Part shown: positions 46,508 through 56,145 of the stretch, one piece after another
Layout: every line of letters starts with the position of its first letter
How positions within the stretch are numbered: the first letter of the stretch is position 1
From: a phage
DNA: 64,000 bases
NCBI GenBank assembly: GCA_020619395.1
Contig: GCA_020619395.1_4860.1
Direction: 5' to 3' (one strand)
Program-made: the position numbers and the translations under genes
Notes under the pieces: model-generated
Seen by the model: only the letters and a program-made list of their open reading frames with translations
Database searches by the model: none
What the model was told of the DNA's origin: nothing

Positions 46508-47431
46508 TTACGGTAAGACTAATTCAAAAGCAAAGAATATCGTGGCCGAGTTCCCGACACCTGCGGTGTTACTAATCCCCATAGGCACGGTGCCATACGC
46601 ATAAGCGAATATGTTGTTGCTCCACAAAGGAGCTAATACAGCGGCACCTGACTCATTCGGCTGCGCAGTCGCGCCTTGTCTTTCAAGTGAGTCAATCGCA
46701 CCAAGACCGAGGGCTGCGTACTGTGCACCGACAGGATACAAACGGCCCATTGTGTTTCGCCATTCACCGTTGTTGTAATCCTGTCCTGAGAGTGCCGCGT
46801 CGTACGGGACTGCGTAAGGTAATCGGATACGGTACGTACGACCATCCTTCGTGACCTTACAATCTTGTTTAGTCGCCGTGGCTCCCTGCGGAACAATACT
46901 TCCGACATCATCGGTCCCGTACATCATGCCGTACTGATACGCCATTTGTACCGAGTTGCTTTTCGAATGCATCGTCGCTGGGAAGAAGACAATTCGCCCA
47001 CGGAAAATAAACTTGTGCCATTCCTGAGGGTCGTAAGTAAACATGTTTCCCTGCTGCGCGGTTAACATGAGTTTTAACTCGGCAGTATTAAAGAACTCGG
47101 TATTAGATACCGTACCGAAATAGCCTGACGCCCAATCGCCACGCAAAATAGTTTGTGGCCCCGGTCCAGTGTCCGGATAGAACCCTTGCGTAATCGGATT
47201 GCCGATAAGTCGTTCACTATCTTTCACAGCAGCTACCCAGTAACGATAAGTTGTATTCTTCGTCAGGGTATCGATATTATCTACGAACTCTACCGCGCTA
47301 CCGGATAAGGTGGCGTGGGGTGTACCTGGGTTGTAAACGTCGATTGTTGCGTTCCATCCTTCCTTGCGGTAGATTTCAATCGCGGTAAGACCTTTGCTGG
47401 CTTGGGACGGCCAGCTTAACCGTATAGTCAT
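46508..47431 (-). CDS. family-B paralogue 3 (307 aa)
   Basis: MTIRLSWP..IEIYRK..DTGPGPQT..GDWASGYFG. Confidence 0.65.
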   Translation of the reverse strand: MTIRLSWPSQASKGLTAIEIYRKEGWNATIDVYNPGTPHATLSGSAVEFVDNIDTLTKNTTYRYWVAAVKDSERLIGNPITQGFYPDTGPGPQTILRGDWASGYFGTVSNTEFFNTAELKLMLTAQQGNMFTYDPQEWHKFIFRGRIVFFPATMHSKSNSVQMAYQYGMMYGTDDVGSIVPQGATATKQDCKVTKDGRTYRIRLPYAVPYDAALSGQDYNNGEWRNTMGRLYPVGAQYAALGLGAIDSLERQGATAQPNESGAAVLAPLWSNNIFAYAYGTVPMGISNTAGVGNSATIFFAFELVLP

Positions 47432-47440
47432 GACTGCCCC

Positions 47441-48439
47441 TTACTCGACCAGTTCAAAGATAGGGTAGTAGCGCCCTTTCGTGGTGGGTGATAAATAGTT
47501 TATACGCTGAATCGTGGATACGGGTGTTCCACCGGCATTGTTAAAAATACCACGATGGAGCACACGGTCTTCCGCGGTATCGTGTTCCATACAGAGAACA
47601 CCACCGCCGAAATACTGTGCCAAGGTTCCCAAAGTACCTTGCCCCAGATAAGTATAACCGATTGTTGCCCAGTTAGCCCAACGCTGTTTCTTCGGCACCT
47701 CGTTAACCATCGTGTAAAGTAAATCGTTATACTCACACGGGTTGGTTAGAGAAGCGATTTCATCATGGGTTTTCCCATTATAGTCAGCTACGAAAGGATA
47801 CGCAGGAGGCTCGCTAGACATCGTCAGGCCGCGAGGAAGACGCATGATGTACGTATCCCCTTTGTGGACTATCTTAGCGTCTTGTGGAGTGGCCGGTAGC
47901 GTTCCATGGCCGTTCTCTGGACCAGCATCGCCCGTACCATAGACTAAACCAGCTTGATAGAGGGAAGCCCAGTCCACAGGCGTATTCGGGAACTGCGACG
48001 TGCTAGATAGCATGTAATAGATCTTCCCGTTTCGGGTAAATTTATACAACGCCACACGATCGGTTAGTAGGTTAGGGAACATCGCCAAAAATGCAGGTGG
48101 CATTTGCGACGGAAGCCACTGTTCGTCGTAAGGAACCGCACCCATAAACCCTAAACGGTCGTCACCGTTTAGAATAGTCATTGGACCGATCCCACGCTTT
48201 ATCTCAATGGTGTATTTCTGGCTAGACGATGCCACTGTTTTACCGTTGGCGGTTACCGTCAGAAGGTAATAATAGGTTGCGCCTGGTGTGGCGGTGGTAT
48301 CACGCCATTCTGTCTCGCCATTTGAGAGCGTTGCAATCGGTTCAGGCAAAGCGCTTGGTGTGATATCTTTAACATCACGGTAGATTTTTACTACCGTAGG
48401 GATTACGTTTGGATTTTTCCAACGCAAAGTAAAAGACAT
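47441..48439 (-). CDS. family-C paralogue 3 (332 aa)
   Basis: MSFTLRWKN..VKIYRDV. Confidence 0.65.
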   Translation of the reverse strand: MSFTLRWKNPNVIPTVVKIYRDVKDITPSALPEPIATLSNGETEWRDTTATPGATYYYLLTVTANGKTVASSSQKYTIEIKRGIGPMTILNGDDRLGFMGAVPYDEQWLPSQMPPAFLAMFPNLLTDRVALYKFTRNGKIYYMLSSTSQFPNTPVDWASLYQAGLVYGTGDAGPENGHGTLPATPQDAKIVHKGDTYIMRLPRGLTMSSEPPAYPFVADYNGKTHDEIASLTNPCEYNDLLYTMVNEVPKKQRWANWATIGYTYLGQGTLGTLAQYFGGGVLCMEHDTAEDRVLHRGIFNNAGGTPVSTIQRINYLSPTTKGRYYPIFELVE

Positions 48440-48450
48440 AGATGATACCT

Positions 48451-49863
48451 CTACTTAAAGCCGTCCAGTTCACCGTTAAGAGACGTTAACGTTGTCTTGT
48501 CAGGGGGCGTATACATTTCAGCGGTAGCCGCAATAGGTTGGAAGTCGACTGTCTTCGGCAGCATTAAAGCAGGCGGATGCAGTGCGAAACTGTTTTCTGA
48601 AGTAACAACTACCGGTTCGAAATCGGTAGTATCCGGATTACCGAGCACTAACGGCTTGAGACTAAATGTGTTTTCTGCGGACACGCTGCACGGTTGGAGA
48701 CTGTAATCTGCCGTACCGTGGATATCTTCTAAACCCAAGGTAACTGTGGACTTATCCACCAACTCCAGCACCGGGAACCAGTAGTAGTTGCCCGCACTCG
48801 ATGATTTTTCTAAGTTTGTCCAACTTGCTCCAGACAACGTCGCCATGCGATGATTGGCGACGTTGGTCTTCAGTGTATCTTTCAATAAACAGAACAGCGT
48901 CCAGTAACTGTTAATCGGTTTGTCCCACGTTCCATTATACAGAAAGTTGAACATCTCAAACTCACTACCTGCTAACTCAGCGGCAGTTGGGGTGCCGCTG
49001 ACGTATGGGTCTTTCCCGGCACTAGGTAGACGAACGCGGAAGTAAAACCTTTTGTTGTCTGCGCCTGTAAAGCTAATGATGCGTCCCTGGTTAACGGGCG
49101 TCGCCGCAGGGTATTTACCATTATCGTCTGTTCCGTAAACGAGTCCGTTTGTATATAACGTATTCCAGGAGATGGAGCTAGCGACAGGACTGATCGGAAG
49201 GTAAATAACCCTACCCTGGTAAAAGAACTTGTACCAACCTTCGGCACCAGAATGTACCGGTGGTAACGCACCGGCCGATATAGTGGCATTAAGAAGTTGA
49301 GAGTGTGTAAACAACTCTGCAGTTCTGGTTGTTCCGAAATAACCCGCGATAGTGTTACCTTGCAGCAACGTTTTAGGGCCAGGTCCAGAATCGGGGTAAA
49401 TTGCACCACTCGGGACGGTATAACGTATCGTTAAGCTGCCTGTAAACGCAGGGCAATTGCCTGAGATATTTAATTTCAACGTCTGCGGCGAAACGCTCGG
49501 TTTAGGTAAACTTGCGTCAGGTGACTGCAAATCAGAAGCAACTAATGTAAGCCCCAATGCGTCGTTTATTGCAGGTAGCGCGTCTCGTACCGTTAAGACT
49601 GTATCTTTGATAGCCACAGTCGGCACAAAATTAAATAAAGTGGCCAGGTTAATCCGGTCGTAGTACACGGTAACATTACCTTGTACACCTGTCCCTGGAT
49701 ACCCGGTGAAAACAGCTTTGGTGTTACGTTGGTTTAACGTAACTGAAGTTGGGCCACTGGTTAAAGCAGCGATAGCCGGCGTCAGCTTAACAACTAAATC
49801 AGGGTTATCCCGATTGACTTGGTCGTATACAAGCAGTGCCGACTCCTTCGAGTAAAATAGCAT
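48451..49863 (-). CDS. family-A paralogue 3 (470 aa)
   Basis: MLFYSKESALLVYDQVNRDNP..; C-terminal LNGELDGFK. Confidence 0.65.
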   Translation of the reverse strand: MLFYSKESALLVYDQVNRDNPDLVVKLTPAIAALTSGPTSVTLNQRNTKAVFTGYPGTGVQGNVTVYYDRINLATLFNFVPTVAIKDTVLTVRDALPAINDALGLTLVASDLQSPDASLPKPSVSPQTLKLNISGNCPAFTGSLTIRYTVPSGAIYPDSGPGPKTLLQGNTIAGYFGTTRTAELFTHSQLLNATISAGALPPVHSGAEGWYKFFYQGRVIYLPISPVASSISWNTLYTNGLVYGTDDNGKYPAATPVNQGRIISFTGADNKRFYFRVRLPSAGKDPYVSGTPTAAELAGSEFEMFNFLYNGTWDKPINSYWTLFCLLKDTLKTNVANHRMATLSGASWTNLEKSSSAGNYYWFPVLELVDKSTVTLGLEDIHGTADYSLQPCSVSAENTFSLKPLVLGNPDTTDFEPVVVTSENSFALHPPALMLPKTVDFQPIAATAEMYTPPDKTTLTSLNGELDGFK

Positions 49864-49880
49864 AGGGACTCCGCATCGCC

Positions 49881-49907
49881 AAAAGAGGGGGGCTCCGAAG
49901 AGCCCCT
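49881..49907 (-). terminator. hairpin, weak terminator
   Basis: stem ggggctc-cgaa-gagcccc; only a short T-run on minus strand. Confidence 0.4.
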
Positions 49908-49911
49908 ACAC

Positions 49912-50742
49912 TTAGCTGTTATAGTGGTAGTACGCCACGCCTTTCACGCCTTCCTCATCGATACCCGTTTGGATAACCACGCGGTCGTACGATTTGTTAG
50001 CGAACTGAGCGGTGGATGTCGGCACATCCTGAACGGTGTTACTGTTCAGTGGCCCCGCGTAGTTCGGAATACCCAGGTCATCCAACACCTTACGCAAACC
50101 AGCCCACTGCGGTAGGCCAGAAGCATCTACTGTCAGTAGGTTTTTATACGCGGTAAAGTCAATACCGTACGTCAACAAATCAATACACTTCTTACCGAGA
50201 GACGGTGAAATAGGCTCTTGAATCGCATTCAAGACATCTGATTTCACCGAAGTGTCTAGTACCGGTAAACCACGGTTATAACGCAACGTCGCAGAACCGA
50301 TATAAGCCGGAGATGTCGATAGCGCTGCAATGGTCTGTGTATTGGTGTAATTTGGGGTATTGGCACCAAACAGTGAGTAGTTTTGGATATCGATTGCGGA
50401 GAAGTTTACTCCGTAAGTATCCAAGAGCACCGAAAAGGCTGAGTGGAGGTTGGGCGCGTCAAACGTGACGAACTGCGCCTGGACAGAAGGACCCCACGGC
50501 AATAACCGCGCTAAGTTCACACGGTCGTAGTAAACGGTGATTGCGTCTCGAAATCCGGAACCCTGAATACCGCGCAAGCGTGCCGACGTATTGCGGTTGT
50601 TGGAAGCTGCATTAACGGGAACCTGCGTCACTTTCTCCACGTAGCAGTTTGCCGGCGACGCTTTAATAGGTAGGTTTGGGTTATCCCGGTTAATGAGGTC
50701 AAAGACCAACTCGTTTGACGGCTTAGCATAGTTGATCATCAA
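49912..50742 (-). CDS. family-D paralogue 1 (276 aa)
   Basis: N-domain MMINYAKPSNELVFDLINRDNP..VYYDRVNL; C-terminal YYHYNS. Confidence 0.65.
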   Translation of the reverse strand: MMINYAKPSNELVFDLINRDNPNLPIKASPANCYVEKVTQVPVNAASNNRNTSARLRGIQGSGFRDAITVYYDRVNLARLLPWGPSVQAQFVTFDAPNLHSAFSVLLDTYGVNFSAIDIQNYSLFGANTPNYTNTQTIAALSTSPAYIGSATLRYNRGLPVLDTSVKSDVLNAIQEPISPSLGKKCIDLLTYGIDFTAYKNLLTVDASGLPQWAGLRKVLDDLGIPNYAGPLNSNTVQDVPTSTAQFANKSYDRVVIQTGIDEEGVKGVAYYHYNS

Positions 50743-51630
50743 TTATACCTCGCTTGGATCGTCCAGATCGTTGAACTGGAGATACAACGTTCCGACGATG
50801 GTGGTACAGGTAACAGGCAGTTTCAACACCAGCGCATACTTGTACTTCGCGTTTGTCGGCATTGCAACAGGGTCATTCAGACCAACGCTGATAACCTCCG
50901 CGCCCGCCAAACCGTAGGAAGCGGAGGTGGTCGCTACCCATGCAGTACCCGTGATATCTTTCAGCAGGTTAACCATATCCGTTAACGGCTGTCCGGACAG
51001 AATACCCGGCACGTATGCCAGCAACTCATCACGGTATTTGGTGAAGTTGTACGGGTAGGAATAAACCTCTGCAATGACCGCAGTAACGGTTTCGGAACCC
51101 ATCTGACCGTTCGGGTATTTCAGACCGGTCAGGACGTTAGTGGTGACCGCAGAGACTAACGACTCATCGCCTTTCACGACTTTAAATGTCGCCTGTCCAA
51201 CCCAACCGATAGACTCAGGATGTGCAACAACACGCACAGTTCCTTCGGTCTTATCACCGTTCCATTCGATATCTGCGTCCTGCAGGTCAGCTTCTTCCAG
51301 AACAAAACCGTAACGTTGGTTCAGTCCAGGAATGGCCGCATACAAGGTTTCGTTGGATGGGCCGATCGCCAACGTGTCACCAATCAGCACTAACAAGTCT
51401 TCGATTTTCATGCGGTTGTAGAAGACATTTTTCTTACCCGACCAGGTAGAGCCCGTTACCCCATCTGCCGTAATTTTAATTTGCGTGTTACGGTTAGTCA
51501 GCGTTTCCTTCTCCGTACCACGGATGTCCTTTGGCGAGGACCAGATGATGTCAGTCATCTTAACAGCAAGCGAGTTCTGTGCGTTCACTGCTGCCAACAG
51601 GACGTCTTTAGAAGGTTGATAAATAGCCAT
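50743..51630 (-). CDS. family-D paralogue 2 (295 aa)
   Basis: N-domain; C-terminal LYLQFND. Confidence 0.65.
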   Translation of the reverse strand: MAIYQPSKDVLLAAVNAQNSLAVKMTDIIWSSPKDIRGTEKETLTNRNTQIKITADGVTGSTWSGKKNVFYNRMKIEDLLVLIGDTLAIGPSNETLYAAIPGLNQRYGFVLEEADLQDADIEWNGDKTEGTVRVVAHPESIGWVGQATFKVVKGDESLVSAVTTNVLTGLKYPNGQMGSETVTAVIAEVYSYPYNFTKYRDELLAYVPGILSGQPLTDMVNLLKDITGTAWVATTSASYGLAGAEVISVGLNDPVAMPTNAKYKYALVLKLPVTCTTIVGTLYLQFNDLDDPSEV

Positions 51631-51640
51631 TCGCTAATTC

Positions 51641-52480
51641 CTAGTTGTTGTAGTGCAACATACACTCGCCGATTACTTTCGGGTCGTTCTGAATGCCGGT
51701 AATCAGCAATACGTTATCGTACGCTTTATTGGCGGTCGCCAACTCACTCGTTTTGTAGCGGGTAATTGTGCAGTTCGTCGGATCAAACGACGGTACCCCA
51801 CGTGCGACCAATGTGGCCATCAGATTGGACGTGTAACCCAAATCAAAGTTACTTCCTACGTCCATTCGCCCGTTCTTAAACGAGGCCATAACCTGCACTT
51901 CATCAGTAAAGTCTTCCCCGTACGTCAAGAAGCCCATGTATTTCTTACCAGTGCTTGCTGCTGCAGGGTGGTTCAAAGCCGACAAGATGTCGTTTACCAC
52001 GAGGTCTTCGAGACTATTCTTACCCCGGATAGACATAAAGGTGATGCTGCCAGTGTATTGGATACAGCTAGCGTTAATGCGCATCGTGTTGTTTACGTTC
52101 AGATAAACGTATTGTTCTGGGATATCGTCTGCAACCAGGTTTAATCCATAACGACCGTTCAGGTTCTGCGCAAACGCAGTACGTTTCGACTCCACGTTCA
52201 ACCAACCGTAGGCATTCGGTGCAGTTACCTGAGGTGTCATGTTCTTAAATAAGTCGTTCAGCGACAAGCGCTTATAACGGAACGTCTGAGGACCGATATA
52301 GCCACGACCTTGACGACCACGAATGATAATCTCAGTATTGGCACCGCTTGCTGTCGGTGTGATTGCTTTCGGCGTACCGATGATAGCATTGTCTAAACCC
52401 ATCGGTAGAACAGCATCCGGGTTTTCGGCATTAATCGCATCGTACAGATATTGTCGCTGAGACAGACTATATAAAGCCAT
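51641..52480 (-). CDS. family-D paralogue 3 (~279 aa)
   Basis: ATG at 52480 (MALYSLSQ..) with RBS gaggagg; C-terminal MLHYNN. Confidence 0.65.
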   Translation of the reverse strand: MALYSLSQRQYLYDAINAENPDAVLPMGLDNAIIGTPKAITPTASGANTEIIIRGRQGRGYIGPQTFRYKRLSLNDLFKNMTPQVTAPNAYGWLNVESKRTAFAQNLNGRYGLNLVADDIPEQYVYLNVNNTMRINASCIQYTGSITFMSIRGKNSLEDLVVNDILSALNHPAAASTGKKYMGFLTYGEDFTDEVQVMASFKNGRMDVGSNFDLGYTSNLMATLVARGVPSFDPTNCTITRYKTSELATANKAYDNVLLITGIQNDPKVIGECMLHYNN

Positions 52481-52516
52481 AATAGCCTCCTCGGCCAAAA
52501 AAGAAAGGAGTAGCCA

Positions 52517-52537
52517 GGAGGAGGATTTCCTCCTCCC
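52517..52537 (-). terminator. hairpin ggaggagga-ttt-tcctcctcc, terminator or attenuator
   Basis: 9 bp stem inside the array; T-run follows 12 nt later on minus strand. Confidence 0.4.
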
Positions 52538-52549
52538 AGCGAGGCCTAA

Positions 52550-53461
52550 TTAGGCATTAAAGTGCAGGTACATGACGCCCTGGAAGTTGGTGCACAGAGT
52601 GTCATCCAGCTGCAGCAGCAGAACCTGGTTGTAAGCAGTGTTTGCACCTTCAACCGGTTTCTTAGGATCGTCGCCTGAAGCAGTGCCATCGTCAGTAGTA
52701 GAACCAACGTACAACACGTTAGCACCTTTCAGGTTATAATCCGCAGGCTCATCAGATGCAACCCACAGTTCCGGCACAACTTTATTCAGCTCAACCGGGA
52801 ATGCAGAGTCGCCAGCGATAACACCTTTCGCCTGTACTTTCAGGAATGCTGCGATTGCTGTGCAGTCTACACCGTAAGAGTAGATGTAGCCCTGACCCTT
52901 CGCTTCGCTTGGACCATCTGGGTAAACCAGGCCGTCGAGCTTGGTTTGTGTTACCACCAGACTCAGACGTTCACCAACCTGAGGCTTAGCACCGATTTTA
53001 ACCGGGATGCTGCCCAGATATGCGTAGCAGTCTTCTTTGAAGGTAATGACATGGTCAACCGGTGCTGGGTCCGGATCGTTCGGGTTAGTCAGCGGCGGGT
53101 TGGTATTTTCCGGAATAGCCGCCGGAACGATATCGTCTTCGGTCAGCTTCAATCCATATTGGTTGTTCAGGGTCGTCAGCAGGTCTGTGGTGGTTTTCGG
53201 CAGTTTAACGTCGAGGTATGCTGTTACGTTACGGAACAGCGCACCGCCTTCCAGGCGATTATAAGTCACGTCCTGAGTACCGATGTACCCGGAGTTCTTT
53301 TTCGCAGTCAGGGTCATGCTGGTATTGCGATCGGCACCTCCATCGATAATAGGGGTCGGTGTGCCGAGCGTTATTTTAGAAAGTTCCAGTTCTGCGTCTG
53401 GGTTTTTCTCATTAATAAAATCCAGAACCAGCTGATCGGACGTTTTGTTTAAAGGTTTCAT
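52550..53461 (-). CDS. family-D paralogue 4 (303 aa)
   Basis: N-domain; C-terminal MYLHFNA. Confidence 0.65.
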   Translation of the reverse strand: MKPLNKTSDQLVLDFINEKNPDAELELSKITLGTPTPIIDGGADRNTSMTLTAKKNSGYIGTQDVTYNRLEGGALFRNVTAYLDVKLPKTTTDLLTTLNNQYGLKLTEDDIVPAAIPENTNPPLTNPNDPDPAPVDHVITFKEDCYAYLGSIPVKIGAKPQVGERLSLVVTQTKLDGLVYPDGPSEAKGQGYIYSYGVDCTAIAAFLKVQAKGVIAGDSAFPVELNKVVPELWVASDEPADYNLKGANVLYVGSTTDDGTASGDDPKKPVEGANTAYNQVLLLQLDDTLCTNFQGVMYLHFNA

Positions 53462-53482
53462 TCTTACTTCCTTTACTCAGGA

Positions 53483-54328
53483 TTAATCAGGGTCGTTGTA
53501 GTGCAAATACAAACGCCCGCCAAAATTCAGACAGTACAACGACAGCTCCACAATCAGCACGTTGTCGACTGCTGGGTTGGTTGGTAATTCCGCTTTGTTA
53601 CGCCCGTTATAGACGACGACGGCTTCACGAAGGTTAAAGTCGATTGGGTTACGGTACGTTGTCCAGTTATCACCGGTGACCGTTTTGAGAATCTGTGCCA
53701 GACGTTCTGCGGTTATCGCAGCACCTAGTCGTTGAAATTCCTCCGCGAAATTATCAAAGCGCCAGGGATACGAATAAACTGCACCTTGACCGACCTTGAT
53801 GTTAAAATACGGATACTCGTAAGGTGTTACTGTTAAGGGTTCGAAGTTTGCAGGAAGCAACGCATCGCCTGGTAACAGCTGTACCTGTTGTTGCCCTATC
53901 CAACCTAAAGAAGTGGGCGTGGCAATCAGATCCACACGCCATGTCTTCCTGTCGATTTCGGTATTCACCACATCTGCAGGTTTAAGGCTGAGACCGTAAT
54001 ACTGGTTAATTAACCCGACCACGTCATGCATCTGGTAAACGGCATCGAGACGTGCAGGAACACGTAGAGGTTGAATCCCGTCTGGGTCGGTAAACATGTC
54101 TGCGAAGTCAACACGATCGTAATACACGGTAGTGGCACCGATAGCATTAGCGGTGGCCAATGCCTGAATGCGCACCATCGCGTTATGACCATTGGCTTTT
54201 GCCAGGTCTTCGTCAGACGTCGGAATCGCAGGGACACCGAAAACCACATCTTCGACTTTTAAATCGAGATTGTTTTCGACGTTAACCTCCGCGATAATAA
54301 TCTTTTCAGCAGTGGCTAAAAGTGGCAT
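53483..54328 (-). CDS. family-D paralogue 5 (281 aa)
   Basis: N-domain; C-terminal LYLHYNDPD. Confidence 0.65.
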   Translation of the reverse strand: MPLLATAEKIIIAEVNVENNLDLKVEDVVFGVPAIPTSDEDLAKANGHNAMVRIQALATANAIGATTVYYDRVDFADMFTDPDGIQPLRVPARLDAVYQMHDVVGLINQYYGLSLKPADVVNTEIDRKTWRVDLIATPTSLGWIGQQQVQLLPGDALLPANFEPLTVTPYEYPYFNIKVGQGAVYSYPWRFDNFAEEFQRLGAAITAERLAQILKTVTGDNWTTYRNPIDFNLREAVVVYNGRNKAELPTNPAVDNVLIVELSLYCLNFGGRLYLHYNDPD

Positions 54329-54338
54329 GTCAAAATCC

Positions 54339-55181
54339 TTATATCGGGAGATAGTGAAGGATGAGATTACCGGCGTAGTTGCTGTCCGCAGCTAGCTTGA
54401 TAATCGCCACACGCTGATAATCGGGGTTGTAACTATCGTTCGGTGTGACTGAAGTTATCCCCATAAATCGCGCACCTTGGAGTGCAATTTGTTCAGGTTG
54501 CGCAGTCGCCCCCGTCACATATGCAAACTTTAATGGCACCACTTCGTTCAGCAATTCAACATCCGCCGCGGTGATTGCGCGGTTGTAAGCCCAATCGGTA
54601 GTGAACTGTTTTTGCAGTTCAGTCCAATCGTAACCATACGCCACATACTCAGCCTGTGGTTTACTAGCAACCACGAACGGCGCGATAATTGCGCTGAGGT
54701 CAACATCCGTCACCACATCCGCCAAGTTCGGGAAGAACTTCGCAAAGCGTAAACGGAAACCACCTTGCCAGGCCAAGCAACCAGGCTTAATAGTCACATC
54801 GATTAACCAGCTTTCTCCCAAATCTTTTACTGACTGGTCAACGATATCGTCGGCAACTAAAGACAAGCCGTATTTCGCATTCAGAAACGGCAACAACTCA
54901 GAGAGTTTATTTACCGGGTCGGCAACGACTACCGGTATTACGTTCCTGAACAGAATTTCCATTTCGATACGGTCGTATTCGAGCGTAACGTTGCCTTTGT
55001 AGCCCTTGCCGTTCAACCCGTATAAGAGCACACGCGTATTCCGGTCAGCGCCAGGCGTTTGGACAGACTCAGGGAAGCCAGTTGCAACCTGCTCCCATGT
55101 GAGTGGATTGGCCGTTAATCCGTTCTGTCGGTTAATAGCATCTAACAACATCTCTTTCGAGGGCTTATCGTAAATAGACAC
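54339..55181 (-). CDS. family-D paralogue 6 (280 aa)
   Basis: GTG start with RBS aggaggg; C-terminal LILHYLPI. Confidence 0.6.
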   Translation of the reverse strand: MSIYDKPSKEMLLDAINRQNGLTANPLTWEQVATGFPESVQTPGADRNTRVLLYGLNGKGYKGNVTLEYDRIEMEILFRNVIPVVVADPVNKLSELLPFLNAKYGLSLVADDIVDQSVKDLGESWLIDVTIKPGCLAWQGGFRLRFAKFFPNLADVVTDVDLSAIIAPFVVASKPQAEYVAYGYDWTELQKQFTTDWAYNRAITAADVELLNEVVPLKFAYVTGATAQPEQIALQGARFMGITSVTPNDSYNPDYQRVAIIKLAADSNYAGNLILHYLPI

Positions 55182-55191
55182 CTATACCCTC

Positions 55192-55989
55192 CTAGTTGTT
55201 AAAGTGTAGGTTGAGGCTGCCCTGGAAGTTCGTACATTTATCGGTCAGTTGCACTGACACGACTTTCGCGAACGCCGTATTTGCTCCCGGCAAGTCTGCA
55301 GGTACGCCGTCGAATACGACAGTGGCACCACGCAGGTTATACGGGGATGGGGTATCTTCAGCTACCCAAATCTCAGGAACACATTTGTTGAGTTCGATTG
55401 CCAACGCCGTGTCATCTACCTCGATACCGACCGCTAAGAGGCTCAGGAAACGAGAGATGTGGCTACAATCGATGTCACGCGAATAGATATACGCCTGACC
55501 CAACTGGATGTCCTGGTGATCCGGGTACAGAAGACCGCTCAACTCTGTATTGGTTACTACTTCTGCCAGAGGTGTAGCAGGTTTCAGCTCGATGACCGCT
55601 TGACTTCGCCACTCGTGGGAAGTTTCAACAGCAACGACTGTGTGCGTCTGTCCATCAATGGGGTTATCTTCGATATCCTCAGGTAAGATAGACAGATTAA
55701 AACGCTCGTTAATCGCCGCGAGTAAGTCGTGCGTGGTTTGCACGTCCTCGTCTCCAAAGGCAACATCGCCTTTAAGGTAGTCCTCTAATGGACGACGATG
55801 GTAGTCCACAATCACTTGCGTACCTTCATCACCGCGCATCTTCGAGGTAAGGACTACCTCCGAATCACGACCGTCTACTGACACAACCTCCGGCAGTCCG
55901 ATATCAACATCGTCAAAGGTAAGCGGTGGGCTTATCTTATTCTCTTCGTTGATGAGTTTTAGCAGATTCTGTTTTGAAGTAAAAGACAT
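55192..55989 (-). CDS. family-D paralogue 7 (265 aa)
   Basis: first gene of the array; C-terminal LNLHFNN; weak RBS. Confidence 0.6.
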   Translation of the reverse strand: MSFTSKQNLLKLINEENKISPPLTFDDVDIGLPEVVSVDGRDSEVVLTSKMRGDEGTQVIVDYHRRPLEDYLKGDVAFGDEDVQTTHDLLAAINERFNLSILPEDIEDNPIDGQTHTVVAVETSHEWRSQAVIELKPATPLAEVVTNTELSGLLYPDHQDIQLGQAYIYSRDIDCSHISRFLSLLAVGIEVDDTALAIELNKCVPEIWVAEDTPSPYNLRGATVVFDGVPADLPGANTAFAKVVSVQLTDKCTNFQGSLNLHFNN

Positions 55990-56087
55990 CGCGTTAACTC
56001 GAGTTAAGGGATTATTGAGGTCGTAAGATTTTTAGACCCCCTGCCAGCATATTAAAAGCGTAGTGCGTACCAGAATCTGAACAAGAG

Positions 56088-56140
56088 CAAACAAAAAAAA
56101 AGAAAAGGAAACAAAAAAAGAAGGGGAGCCGAAGCTCCCT
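56088..56140 (-). terminator. rho-independent terminator with long T-rich tail
   Basis: stem gggagc-cgaa-gctccc 7 nt after stop of 56146..56577; ~35 nt T-rich tract on minus strand. Confidence 0.75.
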
Positions 56141-56145
56141 TTTCT

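Noticed and set aside
37115-53452. Plus-strand ORFs within the paralogue array (for example 37115..37543, 44870..45427, 51653..52144, 52946..53452)
   Set aside because: Antisense to tightly packed minus-strand paralogues with conserved protein features.
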